A stretch of 64,000 nucleotides of DNA, from assembly GCA_963674945.2 (NCBI GenBank), contig CAXXWQ010000004.1:1760001-1824000 (forward strand), read 5' to 3'. Shown here one piece after another: positions 9,109 through 17,813 of this stretch (the stretch's first letter is position 1; each line of letters begins with the position of its first letter). This DNA comes from an uncultured Desulfosarcina sp. Its GTDB lineage: Bacteria; Desulfobacterota; Desulfobacteria; Desulfobacterales; Desulfosarcinaceae. The notes beneath the pieces are model-generated. The model did no database searches and was not told the DNA's origin. It saw only the letters and a list, made by a program, of their open reading frames with translations. The translations under genes were made by a program, and so were the position numbers.

Positions 9109-10328
9109 TTTTTCCTCCCTTTTGCAGGCCAGTCACGGCGGCGGTGGCGAATCAGAATGCGTTTGAAAACGACGCGCGGCTGAGGTTCTACCAGGCCGAG
9201 CATCCGCATACCCGGGCTGTAGTGTCCAGTACCTCCATGAGCACGATATGCGCTGATGAACTTCCGACCGAGGGCGCGGACTCCGATCTCGCGCATCATG
9301 GTTCCGTCGTCGCTGTTTCCTACGATCTCGAACTGGTCGGGATTGTACTTGTCGAGGAAAGAGACAGGGACGCCCATGAGGCCGTCATGGTCACTAGGAA
9401 TCGCGTCGCTGAAAGGTACTTCTATGGCGTCGAAGTTGTAATATCTGTCGTAATCCGCCTTGCCATTTAGCTGCTTGTGCTTGCTGAACCGCAGGTTGTC
9501 CGCCATGGTCATGCATTCCAGCGGCTCGTGGCGGCGTCCATGATCCAGGTTTGTATACCAGCGGACGCCCTTGACGCGGATATATTTGACCCCATTATCA
9601 TCGACGCGCCAACCGGCCGCTTTAAGCGGGTAATGGTCAGGAACGCGGAACTCGCGGTCACCGCTGCTGATCGTGGGGCCAAGCCACAACTTGTTGTCCT
9701 TGATCAGCGGGAAGATCTCTAGGTAAGTGACCGCCTGCACGTTGCCGATGATGAGGAACTTTTTCCCATGCTCTACAAGCTGAGCAACGTACTCTTTGAA
9801 AAGGGAGAAGGGCGGGTTGGTGACCACAATGTCAGCCTGCTTGAGCAACTCGATGCATTCAGCGCTGCGAAAGTCGCCGCCTTGCTCGAGGGGTGTGCGG
9901 GAGTGTGGGTTCTGATTCAGAAAGAGCTCGACGTCTTCGATGCCTGTCGCTCCGTCTTCGTTGAGATCCGTCACTTCCTCGATCTCGACGCAGATCGCCT
10001 TGGGCTTTTGGCGCTTGCCATTGCCCTTGAAATAATCATCGAACGTGAGTTGCGCGCCGGCGATGGGGGAGCCATCGTAGCTGGTGGTGATGAGTTTCTT
10101 GAGGCCGAGCCTGTTAAAGTTGGCGGCAAAATATTTAAAGAAGTTGCTTTCGAAGGGGTCGTCGCAGTTACAGTAGACAACCTTGTTGCGGAAGGTGTCC
10201 TCGTCGAACTCCAAATAGGCTTCGACCTCTTTCTGGATGTCAACGTATTGGGTGTAAAACTCGTCTTTTTTTGCCGCCTTCGCCGCGCCAAGCCCTTGAT
10301 TCATCGGCCTGCTTTTCGCCTTCGCCAT
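9105..10328 (-). CDS. Adenine-specific DNA methyltransferase, M.EcoRI family
   Basis: KDEFYT, VYCNCDDP, GDFRS.EC, VVTNPPFSLF; GGAGG RBS at 10340-10344. Confidence 0.88.
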   Translation of the reverse strand: MAKAKSRPMNQGLGAAKAAKKDEFYTQYVDIQKEVEAYLEFDEDTFRNKVVYCNCDDPFESNFFKYFAANFNRLGLKKLITTSYDGSPIAGAQLTFDDYFKGNGKRQKPKAICVEIEEVTDLNEDGATGIEDVELFLNQNPHSRTPLEQGGDFRSAECIELLKQADIVVTNPPFSLFKEYVAQLVEHGKKFLIIGNVQAVTYLEIFPLIKDNKLWLGPTISSGDREFRVPDHYPLKAAGWRVDDNGVKYIRVKGVRWYTNLDHGRRHEPLECMTMADNLRFSKHKQLNGKADYDRYYNFDAIEVPFSDAIPSDHDGLMGVPVSFLDKYNPDQFEIVGNSDDGTMMREIGVRALGRKFISAYRAHGGTGHYSPGMRMLGLVEPQPRVVFKRILIRHRRRDWPAKGRKN

Positions 10329-10657
10329 AGCCTTAGCTTCCTCCACCAAGATTCGCCGAACATCAGATATTACATTGAATTCAACTTTACGTTCGAATAA
10401 GGAGGTCGATTCTTATAAAAGTTTTATAAACCACCATTTTGGCCAAATCCTAAAAAATTAGGTGTCATTATAACGTAAATCACAGAAATTGCATATTTTT
10501 TTATTCTTTAGAAATACACTATGCAACCGCTTGAGAATGTATATTGGTCTGTTTTTACAGCGCTTTTGGTTTGATATTAGGAAAGGTTTCCGGTGCTGAG
10601 ATACATTGAAATAACCACACGAATCGCCAAACCAGTGATAGGATCAATGCATCTGCA

Positions 10658-11413
10658 TCAATTCGATATTATCAATTCTTTGCCCGTCTTCTGTTTGCCT
10701 ACCGAAACCGAATATTTCAGAGAGACTGGTTGTATCTCGAATGCCTTGAACACATCCCGGATATCTGGATGGTCATTAAGGCTCAAAATAAACCGTCCTT
10801 TGATCCCGGCTAAAACATCGGCCATCTTTTCAAAATCCGGTAGCGCCAGGTTATGGGCATAGAATGGACACTTATAATAAGGTGGATCGCAATAAAACAA
10901 GGTTTCAGGGCGGTCGTACCTATTTATAAAGGTGTCCCATGATAGATGCTCTACTGTCACGCCAGCCAATCGCAGATGAACCATTGAAAGCTCCTCCTCC
11001 ATACGGAGGAGGTTGATTCTCGGTGGATGCATTGGCCCGGCGCCATAAGTCCTGCCTTTAACCCTTCCGCCAAAGCAAAGTCGTTGCAGATAATAATACC
11101 TTGCCGCTCTCTGGATGTCGGTAAGCCCTCCAGCTTCCTGCTGGCGCTTCCAATCCTCGAACCATTCTCTTGATGAAAGCAACCATCTAAATTGCCGTAA
11201 AAATTCCTCTAAATGATTTTGCAGCACACGATAAAAGGCGATCAAATCGCTATCCAGATCGTTGATCACCTCGTATTTCGAAGGATCTTTCCTAAAAAAC
11301 ACCCAAGCAGCGCCAGCGAATACCTCACAATAGGATTTATGCTTAGGCATCATTTCAATGATGGTATTTGAGAGTTTCGATTTTCCGCCGATATAAGCCA
11401 ATGGACTGTTCAC
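10658..11413 (-). CDS. Dam-family (D12 class) DNA adenine methylase at the mom position
   Basis: YIGGKS, EVFAG, INDLD, YCDPPY; GTG start with GGAGG RBS. Confidence 0.9.
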   Translation of the reverse strand: MNSPLAYIGGKSKLSNTIIEMMPKHKSYCEVFAGAAWVFFRKDPSKYEVINDLDSDLIAFYRVLQNHLEEFLRQFRWLLSSREWFEDWKRQQEAGGLTDIQRAARYYYLQRLCFGGRVKGRTYGAGPMHPPRINLLRMEEELSMVHLRLAGVTVEHLSWDTFINRYDRPETLFYCDPPYYKCPFYAHNLALPDFEKMADVLAGIKGRFILSLNDHPDIRDVFKAFEIQPVSLKYSVSVGKQKTGKELIISN

Positions 11414-11537
11414 GGTAACCTCCAAGCACAATTTTTTGGCCACCTGGGCCGTCTGATATCAGATGTCTGGTTGTTCTCGTGCAGCCATTCGCCCTGGGGA
11501 TGTTGGCTCATCCATCAGGGCGGCCCTAAACTTATTT

Positions 11538-11978
11538 TTATAAATTGATAAACGTTCTCACGAAGCAGCCACCTCCGCCAGTTACCGACTCAGGATCTTT
11601 ATTACTATCTTCTGGGACGGTATCGTCGTCATTGACAACGGAAGGCCAATCTTCATTTTCATCCGACTCTTCATCATCCTCGACAATATTGCTGCAGCAA
11701 ACCTCGTCAGAATCCGGACTCTCTTTTTTCCCGTCGAACGCCCGGACGACATAACAATCGGTTGCGCCGATCGGAGGCGCATCGATGACCGCCGGAGATC
11801 CAGGCCCCTCCCATGCCGAAACCGAATAGTCATAACTTTCCCCAGCGGGTCGCTGGTAAACCCGATACCCTTCCGGCACCGGATCGTTCGGCTCCCAGGA
11901 AACTTGAACCGACTCAAAGGCAAACGCCGCCCAAACAGCAAAAATTATGAATGCAATTTGCGGCAAGGCCCGGATCAT
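11538..11978 (-). CDS. Exported FN3-like protein with acidic linker and GGGGCF C-terminal tail
   Basis: Signal peptide; VSWEPN...GYRVY...YVVRAFD...ES.DS; ends GGGGCFVRTFINL. Confidence 0.7.
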   Translation of the reverse strand: MIRALPQIAFIIFAVWAAFAFESVQVSWEPNDPVPEGYRVYQRPAGESYDYSVSAWEGPGSPAVIDAPPIGATDCYVVRAFDGKKESPDSDEVCCSNIVEDDEESDENEDWPSVVNDDDTVPEDSNKDPESVTGGGGCFVRTFINL

Positions 11979-12045
11979 ACTCGCCCCTCATGAAATTAAT
12001 AGTGGCGCTTCTTTGCCAGTGTCTTCAAATGAACCATATTCCAAT

Positions 12046-12456
12046 TTACGATAGCGTAAACAAAGCAGCCGCAAACTCAACTGAGAGAGATTCTCCATCC
12101 TGCAACGTTACTTCCGACCCTCTATCCCAATAGCAAATCAGGCCATCTGTAGCGTGATCGTCGTTGTAGAGAACAACATATCGGAAAGGACCAACAGTCC
12201 CACCGCTGGCTTCAATTAACACATCAACCGCCGTAACAGTTGCAACCCCTGATGATTCGCTCATCGCATTTTGGATATCGACCGGGCCGGAGTATCCATT
12301 TTCATTCGTGATCTCTGCAAGGTCTGCCTTGTCTGCATCCGCAGCAACATCAGGAGTGGTATTCGAAAGATAAAGTTTAAAAGTATCCGCATTGCAATCG
12401 TGCTCTCCAAGAGCAAGCGCCTCTACAAAGTCTTGGAATTTAACGTAAGTTGCCAT
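12046..12456 (-). CDS. Putative tail/tail-fibre-associated structural protein
   Basis: 136 aa, AAGGAG RBS, beta-rich, downstream of large tail protein. Confidence 0.65.
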   Translation of the reverse strand: MATYVKFQDFVEALALGEHDCNADTFKLYLSNTTPDVAADADKADLAEITNENGYSGPVDIQNAMSESSGVATVTAVDVLIEASGGTVGPFRYVVLYNDDHATDGLICYWDRGSEVTLQDGESLSVEFAAALFTLS

Positions 12457-12491
12457 GATTTCTCCTTATGTTTTATGCAACAAGACAGCGC

Positions 12492-12707
12492 CTATTTTAC
12501 GATGGCCAGGTTCTTTTCCAGTTTGTATTCAAACCCGCAATGAGGACACGTATAATTGGTCGTGTTATCATCTTCGGACGCGATGACAATCTCAGGCCTC
12601 GTCAGGCCTCTCTTTCCATTTTTATAGCTTTCGCATGAGTGCCACAAACGCACCACCTTGCTTCCTTTTTCCCTGTAGTAAAAGACATCTTTTGCCAATA
12701 TTTTCAT
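12492..12707 (-). CDS. Small zinc-ribbon-like protein
   Basis: HSC...CPHCG, RBS present. Confidence 0.55.
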   Translation of the reverse strand: MKILAKDVFYYREKGSKVVRLWHSCESYKNGKRGLTRPEIVIASEDDNTTNYTCPHCGFEYKLEKNLAIVK

Positions 12708-12747
12708 TTCATTATCCCCCTTGTTTTTAGTGAATCCGATCCAATCC

Positions 12748-15700
12748 TCATCCTTGCTCGCTAACTGTCATCACTTGCGAGTCCGGCGAGATAATCAAGG
12801 ACACCAACCCGACAGTGAATGACGAATCTTTAAAATAGGCCATATCATTGGGGCGCAGGTAGAATATCGGTTTAGAGCAACGGTACTGCATCCTTCCATC
12901 TGCAAGCATGGTCTCTGTCTGAACACTCGTCAGTTCTATTTTATTCAAGCCTGCCCATATTCTTGTAGACCCGTCCAGGTCCGGCGTAACAGAAGAGCTG
13001 TAACCCGTAATGGTAATGCTGCCATTACTACCCCCCTTGTCCGTCCTGACGCTGTCAATGCTGACCCGCATCAATTCATCACGCAACACCTCCTCGCTTC
13101 CCACCATCGCAACCATATCGACAAACAATAATCCCGTGGATGACCTCAATGTGATCTCGGGCAATGCATCTTCGTCATAATTCACAACAACGGACAAATA
13201 AGGTTTGGAACCAGCGTTCCATCTGATCTGAAATGACTTTAATTCCTGGATGTAATAAGTCCCGAATGTCATGTGATACAGGTAGGCGCGATATCTATAA
13301 ATCGCATTTCTCGTGGTATTGCCGACTCTTTTGGAGAAATCGAGATAAGGAGATGCATCATACCCGGTGATGGCATAGGATTCAGAATCGCCCGGAACAG
13401 CATAGGATCGAATTAAATCGGCGTCGACGCCGGCTACGCTGTAAGAGCTTGGATCTGTTTCTATTTGATAAGTTCCGGAATAACCAAGGTCAGCGGCAAA
13501 ACCTGTGACAGATTGCAGGCCCGCCTCCATCAAGTAGGTGTAACACACTCCGAAACGAAATGTTTTTATTATACCTTCATCATCAGGCCCGGAATAAGCG
13601 ACAATGAAATGCTCGTCGTCTACATTAATAAGAGAATTATACGCATAGAAGATATAAGTATCCTCATGGTGAACCGAATTGATGAGCTCATAGGCGTTAT
13701 AGCCGCCATCAACCACAAAGATTTTTACCGCAGCCTCGCTATTAAGCGTCGCACAGGCAAATACAAACTTATTTCCATCCACCCCTGTAATTGACAGCGG
13801 CACCATGGTCGAAGGATACATTGGCGTTTCGTAATCCGCATACATGAAATCCGCCACTTCACCCACGAAGTCGTAGTTCTCGTCTATGGTGATTACTTTT
13901 GCGTATCCATTGCCATTATTGCCTGTATAACTCAGGAGGAAATGGGTGCCATCGATCATGCCTAACGAGTTATGCGTACCATTGACCTCGTTATGTTCAT
14001 AGTAGCTTTCCTGGGCAACGTTATAGCCGCCGTCAATAGAGAAAGTCTTGACAAACCCATCATTCTGGTCGCCGGCATAGGCAAGCATAAAATGCGTGCC
14101 GTCTATCATGATGAAAGACGGATAACGCGATTGGGAGGTATTATGTTCTAAATCGTCGATCTCTGTGATGTTATAACTGCCGTCGATGGAAAATGTCTTG
14201 ATGTGTCCGCCACTGCCGTTGTCATAAGCGAGAATAAAATGGGTGCTGTCGATAGCGAGTAGATGATTCCAATACATATACGTATCATGGGCAAGGGCAT
14301 CTATCTCTGTAATGTTGTCATAGCCTGCGTCGATTGAGAGAGTTTGTATTCCTCCGGATGACGCAAGAATAAAATGAGTGCTGTCGATTTTTAGAATGGA
14401 GTTCCACTGGTATACATTCGCCAGGCTATCGATCTCTGTGATGGCATCATAACTCGTATCAACGGCGAAGGTCTTCACATTCCCTTTGTATGCGAGAATA
14501 AAATGGGTGCTGTCTATCATCGCCATCGAATTGTATTGATACGTAACTACATTCGAATCGTGTTCATGGCTGTCAATCTCGAAGACTTTGTATTTGGGAA
14601 TATACCTTGGCTGCGCATGCCAGATATGATCTCCCTTTATTTCATAATACCAGCCGTTTGCATAAAATGTTTCGGTTGTACGCAGCACTGCATTGCCGCC
14701 CAAAACAGTATAAGTTCCGGCAGAAGCGTCCTCTAACCAGGAGCTTTCCATTTCGCCGCCGGTATAATAATACTCTCCAGCGGCACACGGTATCGAAATA
14801 ATCAGGATTTGGTTATAGGTAACCAGGGCTTCTTCGCCGGTGTAATCGTACCCTCCAGCCTCGGCGGAAGTGAGGCGATTGACAATTATATCGATGTCTT
14901 CTCCTGCCATCGAGTATGAACAGGATTCGGCAAATTCGTTATATATGCCGGAGAAGACTAAAAAGGTTTTAACCACATTGTAATTGCTCGCGTTGGTGTA
15001 AACCAAAGCAAAGTGAGTGTCATCAAGCATGCAGATTTGACTGTAGTCGGCATCGCCGGCGGTATCGTGTACGAGATCCGATACCTCGGTAATTTCGTAA
15101 CTTCCATCGATCTCGAAAACTTTGCATATTCCTTTGCCATCGGTATAATTGCTGTAGTGCAGGATAAAATGGGTATTGTCCATTTTAACAAGGGAGCAAT
15201 ACCTGCAAAAAGTGGTCTCATGCACCAGATCATCGATCTGGGTGATTACATAGCTGCCGTCAACGGAGAATGTCTTTATGTGACCCTGGTTGTTGTAGTC
15301 GGCGTAGGCGAGAATAAAGTGCGTGCTATCAATTGCCACCACGGAGCTATAGCCATACCTGGTATTGGTGTCATGAGTAAGGTCATCAAGCTCCGTTACG
15401 TTATAGCTGCCATCGATGGAAAATGTTTTTACGATTCCATAATATGCCGAATAGGAAGCGTACGCCACGACGGCATGGGTGCTGTCGAGCATGCAGACCG
15501 AATTATATCGGATGCTTCCATTGGTATTGTCATGGATAAGGGGAGTGTATTCGACAGGAGTAAGAGCGCTGACGCGAAAACATTCCACAACCCCGTATAA
15601 ACTGTAATCGGTCCATGCCCCAAAGATATGGGTGTCATCGATCCAGCAAATATCCCCATAGTCGCAAGAGTTGTTATCATAAGCCAAACTACTCTTTTGA

Positions 15701-16038
15701 CTTAAAACATATGTCCCGGCAGTCCACGTGTAATGGGTGATCGTTCCGGCCCCATTGCTTCCTGCATAACGTATGACAACGGAGTTGTAGCCACCCGCTC
15801 GAGGAGAAATGCAGCGCATGTAATCGCCATAGGCGGAGTCCGTTTCCTCATCGTCCATGAAGGTGATGTTGCCGAAGGAGGCGTCCACCTCAAACGTCTT
15901 TGCCCACACATCATTATCGGATACGGCATACACGACAAAGAAATGGTACGCGTCATCCATTTTACAGATGGAGCCATGATCCGCAGTTGCCGTGGTGTCA
16001 TGAACCAAACTATCTATTTGCGTGATGTCATACGCCAT
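12748..16038 (-). CDS. Large repeat-containing tail/receptor-binding protein (1096 aa)
   Basis: Two blocks of seven ~50-aa IDSTHFILAY...KTF repeats; distal tail position. Confidence 0.75.
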   Translation of the reverse strand: MAYDITQIDSLVHDTTATADHGSICKMDDAYHFFVVYAVSDNDVWAKTFEVDASFGNITFMDDEETDSAYGDYMRCISPRAGGYNSVVIRYAGSNGAGTITHYTWTAGTYVLSQKSSLAYDNNSCDYGDICWIDDTHIFGAWTDYSLYGVVECFRVSALTPVEYTPLIHDNTNGSIRYNSVCMLDSTHAVVAYASYSAYYGIVKTFSIDGSYNVTELDDLTHDTNTRYGYSSVVAIDSTHFILAYADYNNQGHIKTFSVDGSYVITQIDDLVHETTFCRYCSLVKMDNTHFILHYSNYTDGKGICKVFEIDGSYEITEVSDLVHDTAGDADYSQICMLDDTHFALVYTNASNYNVVKTFLVFSGIYNEFAESCSYSMAGEDIDIIVNRLTSAEAGGYDYTGEEALVTYNQILIISIPCAAGEYYYTGGEMESSWLEDASAGTYTVLGGNAVLRTTETFYANGWYYEIKGDHIWHAQPRYIPKYKVFEIDSHEHDSNVVTYQYNSMAMIDSTHFILAYKGNVKTFAVDTSYDAITEIDSLANVYQWNSILKIDSTHFILASSGGIQTLSIDAGYDNITEIDALAHDTYMYWNHLLAIDSTHFILAYDNGSGGHIKTFSIDGSYNITEIDDLEHNTSQSRYPSFIMIDGTHFMLAYAGDQNDGFVKTFSIDGGYNVAQESYYEHNEVNGTHNSLGMIDGTHFLLSYTGNNGNGYAKVITIDENYDFVGEVADFMYADYETPMYPSTMVPLSITGVDGNKFVFACATLNSEAAVKIFVVDGGYNAYELINSVHHEDTYIFYAYNSLINVDDEHFIVAYSGPDDEGIIKTFRFGVCYTYLMEAGLQSVTGFAADLGYSGTYQIETDPSSYSVAGVDADLIRSYAVPGDSESYAITGYDASPYLDFSKRVGNTTRNAIYRYRAYLYHMTFGTYYIQELKSFQIRWNAGSKPYLSVVVNYDEDALPEITLRSSTGLLFVDMVAMVGSEEVLRDELMRVSIDSVRTDKGGSNGSITITGYSSSVTPDLDGSTRIWAGLNKIELTSVQTETMLADGRMQYRCSKPIFYLRPNDMAYFKDSSFTVGLVSLIISPDSQVMTVSEQG

Positions 16039-16049
16039 CGAATTTTCCG

Positions 16050-17438
16050 TTACATTATGCCGATATGATCAATGGACATTTTTCCGCCACCCACAGGGCC
16101 GGTTGGGGTGTAACCTATGCCGAGACCGCTGTTCGTCGCCATCTGCACCGCTATGGCGCAACACTGCGCGCATATCTCCGGCAAATCAAAAAAGGTATCG
16201 ATGTTCGGTCCGATGTTTCTGGTGTAACCTCGATAAGGGTAGGTACCTTCGGGATCGTCCAGCGGTGGAGCCCAGGATGGCGGATATATCTCGGTTACTT
16301 CCTCCTCCAGGATCCAGTCGGTTTCCTGGTTCATATAGGTATTGGTGATACAACCGATAAACGGCTGGAGTGTGGTAAATGCGGTATAGAGGTAAAACTC
16401 CACGATAGTAAGGCCGTCTTCCGCCCATCCCCCGAGATACAGGCAATCGGTGCGCTCATTACTTATATATGAACCACAATAGACCAATCCCGATTCGGCT
16501 CTGAACTTGATCTTCGTGGCGTTCAGATAAAAGGGCTGCTCCGGAATCATGTATAGTTGATGCTGTTGTATATAATCGGTCGCGTCCGGATATGATATCG
16601 TAAGAACGCCATTTTTTAAGTCGAACTCGGCTTCCTCTCCCTCCCCCTCATTCCAGCTATACCAATAAATCCAGGGATGCCTGGAGGTGACAGCAGGGCC
16701 GTTCCAAGGCTCCTTCCAGCCACAAGGTTTTGGATTGTCCACAAACCCGATCACCTTCGCCGTATTTGCGACATCATACCCGACCCATGTTACAATCACC
16801 CTGTCTCCATCTTCGAAGGCCGATGCATTACAAGTCATGTAATCGATGGGGACATTATTGAGAGTAGAAGCTACGTTGATATCCAGGCTTTGAACAGAAC
16901 TGGCAAGAGGATCGAGAGTAACCGTACACGTGTCTTCGTCTTTATCCAAATTCGAAATGGTTCCATAACGATAGGTCGGCTTCCATTTTTGAATGGCGGG
17001 CATTATCGCAAAATTTCTCATCGCATCGGCGACGTCCAATGTGTAAAAAGGCGTAACCTGGCCGTCGCGATTCAAATCATGCCCGGCATTTCCATCATGC
17101 CCCGGCTGGATATTGATGCCGTTTTTTATCTCCGCCCCCGGCTCGATGGTGCCGACCGCTCCGGTTAGCCCTTCGGTAAAATCGGCGCACCAGGCCTGCG
17201 TCCGGTAATCCATATCAAGATAGGATTCGAGCCTGTCGATCTCTTTCTCAATCGTGGCTTTTCGTAAATTCAGATAAGCGATTGTCGTTTCGTCTTCTGC
17301 TTCTGCAAGCTTCTTTTCAATACGATCCAATATAGCCTGAAGCTTCAACAACTTCGCATCAGCGGCCGTATAGTCGTGATTCACCTCGACATTATACAGT
17401 CCTTCTCCGGCCTCGCTTATAATCGTTGCTTTACCCAT
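16050..17438 (-). CDS. Tail tip/hub protein
   Basis: 462 aa after tape measure; N-terminal coiled coil, AWCAD and WKPTYRYG motifs. Confidence 0.6.
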   Translation of the reverse strand: MGKATIISEAGEGLYNVEVNHDYTAADAKLLKLQAILDRIEKKLAEAEDETTIAYLNLRKATIEKEIDRLESYLDMDYRTQAWCADFTEGLTGAVGTIEPGAEIKNGINIQPGHDGNAGHDLNRDGQVTPFYTLDVADAMRNFAIMPAIQKWKPTYRYGTISNLDKDEDTCTVTLDPLASSVQSLDINVASTLNNVPIDYMTCNASAFEDGDRVIVTWVGYDVANTAKVIGFVDNPKPCGWKEPWNGPAVTSRHPWIYWYSWNEGEGEEAEFDLKNGVLTISYPDATDYIQQHQLYMIPEQPFYLNATKIKFRAESGLVYCGSYISNERTDCLYLGGWAEDGLTIVEFYLYTAFTTLQPFIGCITNTYMNQETDWILEEEVTEIYPPSWAPPLDDPEGTYPYRGYTRNIGPNIDTFFDLPEICAQCCAIAVQMATNSGLGIGYTPTGPVGGGKMSIDHIGIM

Positions 17439-17468
17439 CTACGATAACGTCCAATGCGATTTTTCGAT

Positions 17469-17813
17469 TCATGCCATTTTCTCTTTGATATAAACGATTA
17501 TCTGGGCGTCGCCCCCATTGTTGCGCACCCGATAGATGTACCCGCTGTAAACCCCCTCCCAATAAGAAACCACCAAAAGAACTGCGTTCTCATGAAACGA
17601 TTTGATCGTTGAAAATTCCGATGATGACAGCCAGCATTCGATTTGAAGCTCCCGATCGGCGGACGAAACACCGTAATGAGAAATCGCCGCTCCACCGTCT
17701 AAGGTTTTCGATCGAGAGATCCGGGCAGTGCTGTCATACCCTGGCTTTGAACGAAGGTGCCTCAGGATTATACTGCCGTCGGGATCGGCCGCAGCGTTGC
17801 TTAAAAAGATCAT
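17469..17813 (-). CDS. Putative distal tail protein
   Basis: Overlaps tape measure stop; SKTLDGG motif. Confidence 0.55.
   Translation of the reverse strand: MIFLSNAAADPDGSIILRHLRSKPGYDSTARISRSKTLDGGAAISHYGVSSADRELQIECWLSSSEFSTIKSFHENAVLLVVSYWEGVYSGYIYRVRNNGGDAQIIVYIKEKMA

Noticed and set aside
11490..11526. Hammerhead ribozyme (CUGAUG on minus strand)
   Set aside because: Reads CUGAUGG rather than CUGANGA and lacks a properly placed GAAA.
12748..16038. Diversity-generating retroelement acting on the tail protein
   Set aside because: No reverse transcriptase in the window and no TR/VR pair differing only at adenines was seen; repeats are protein-level.
10658..17438. Mu-type invertible G segment
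   Set aside because: No serine invertase and no inverted gix-like pair or opposite-strand fibre genes seen.
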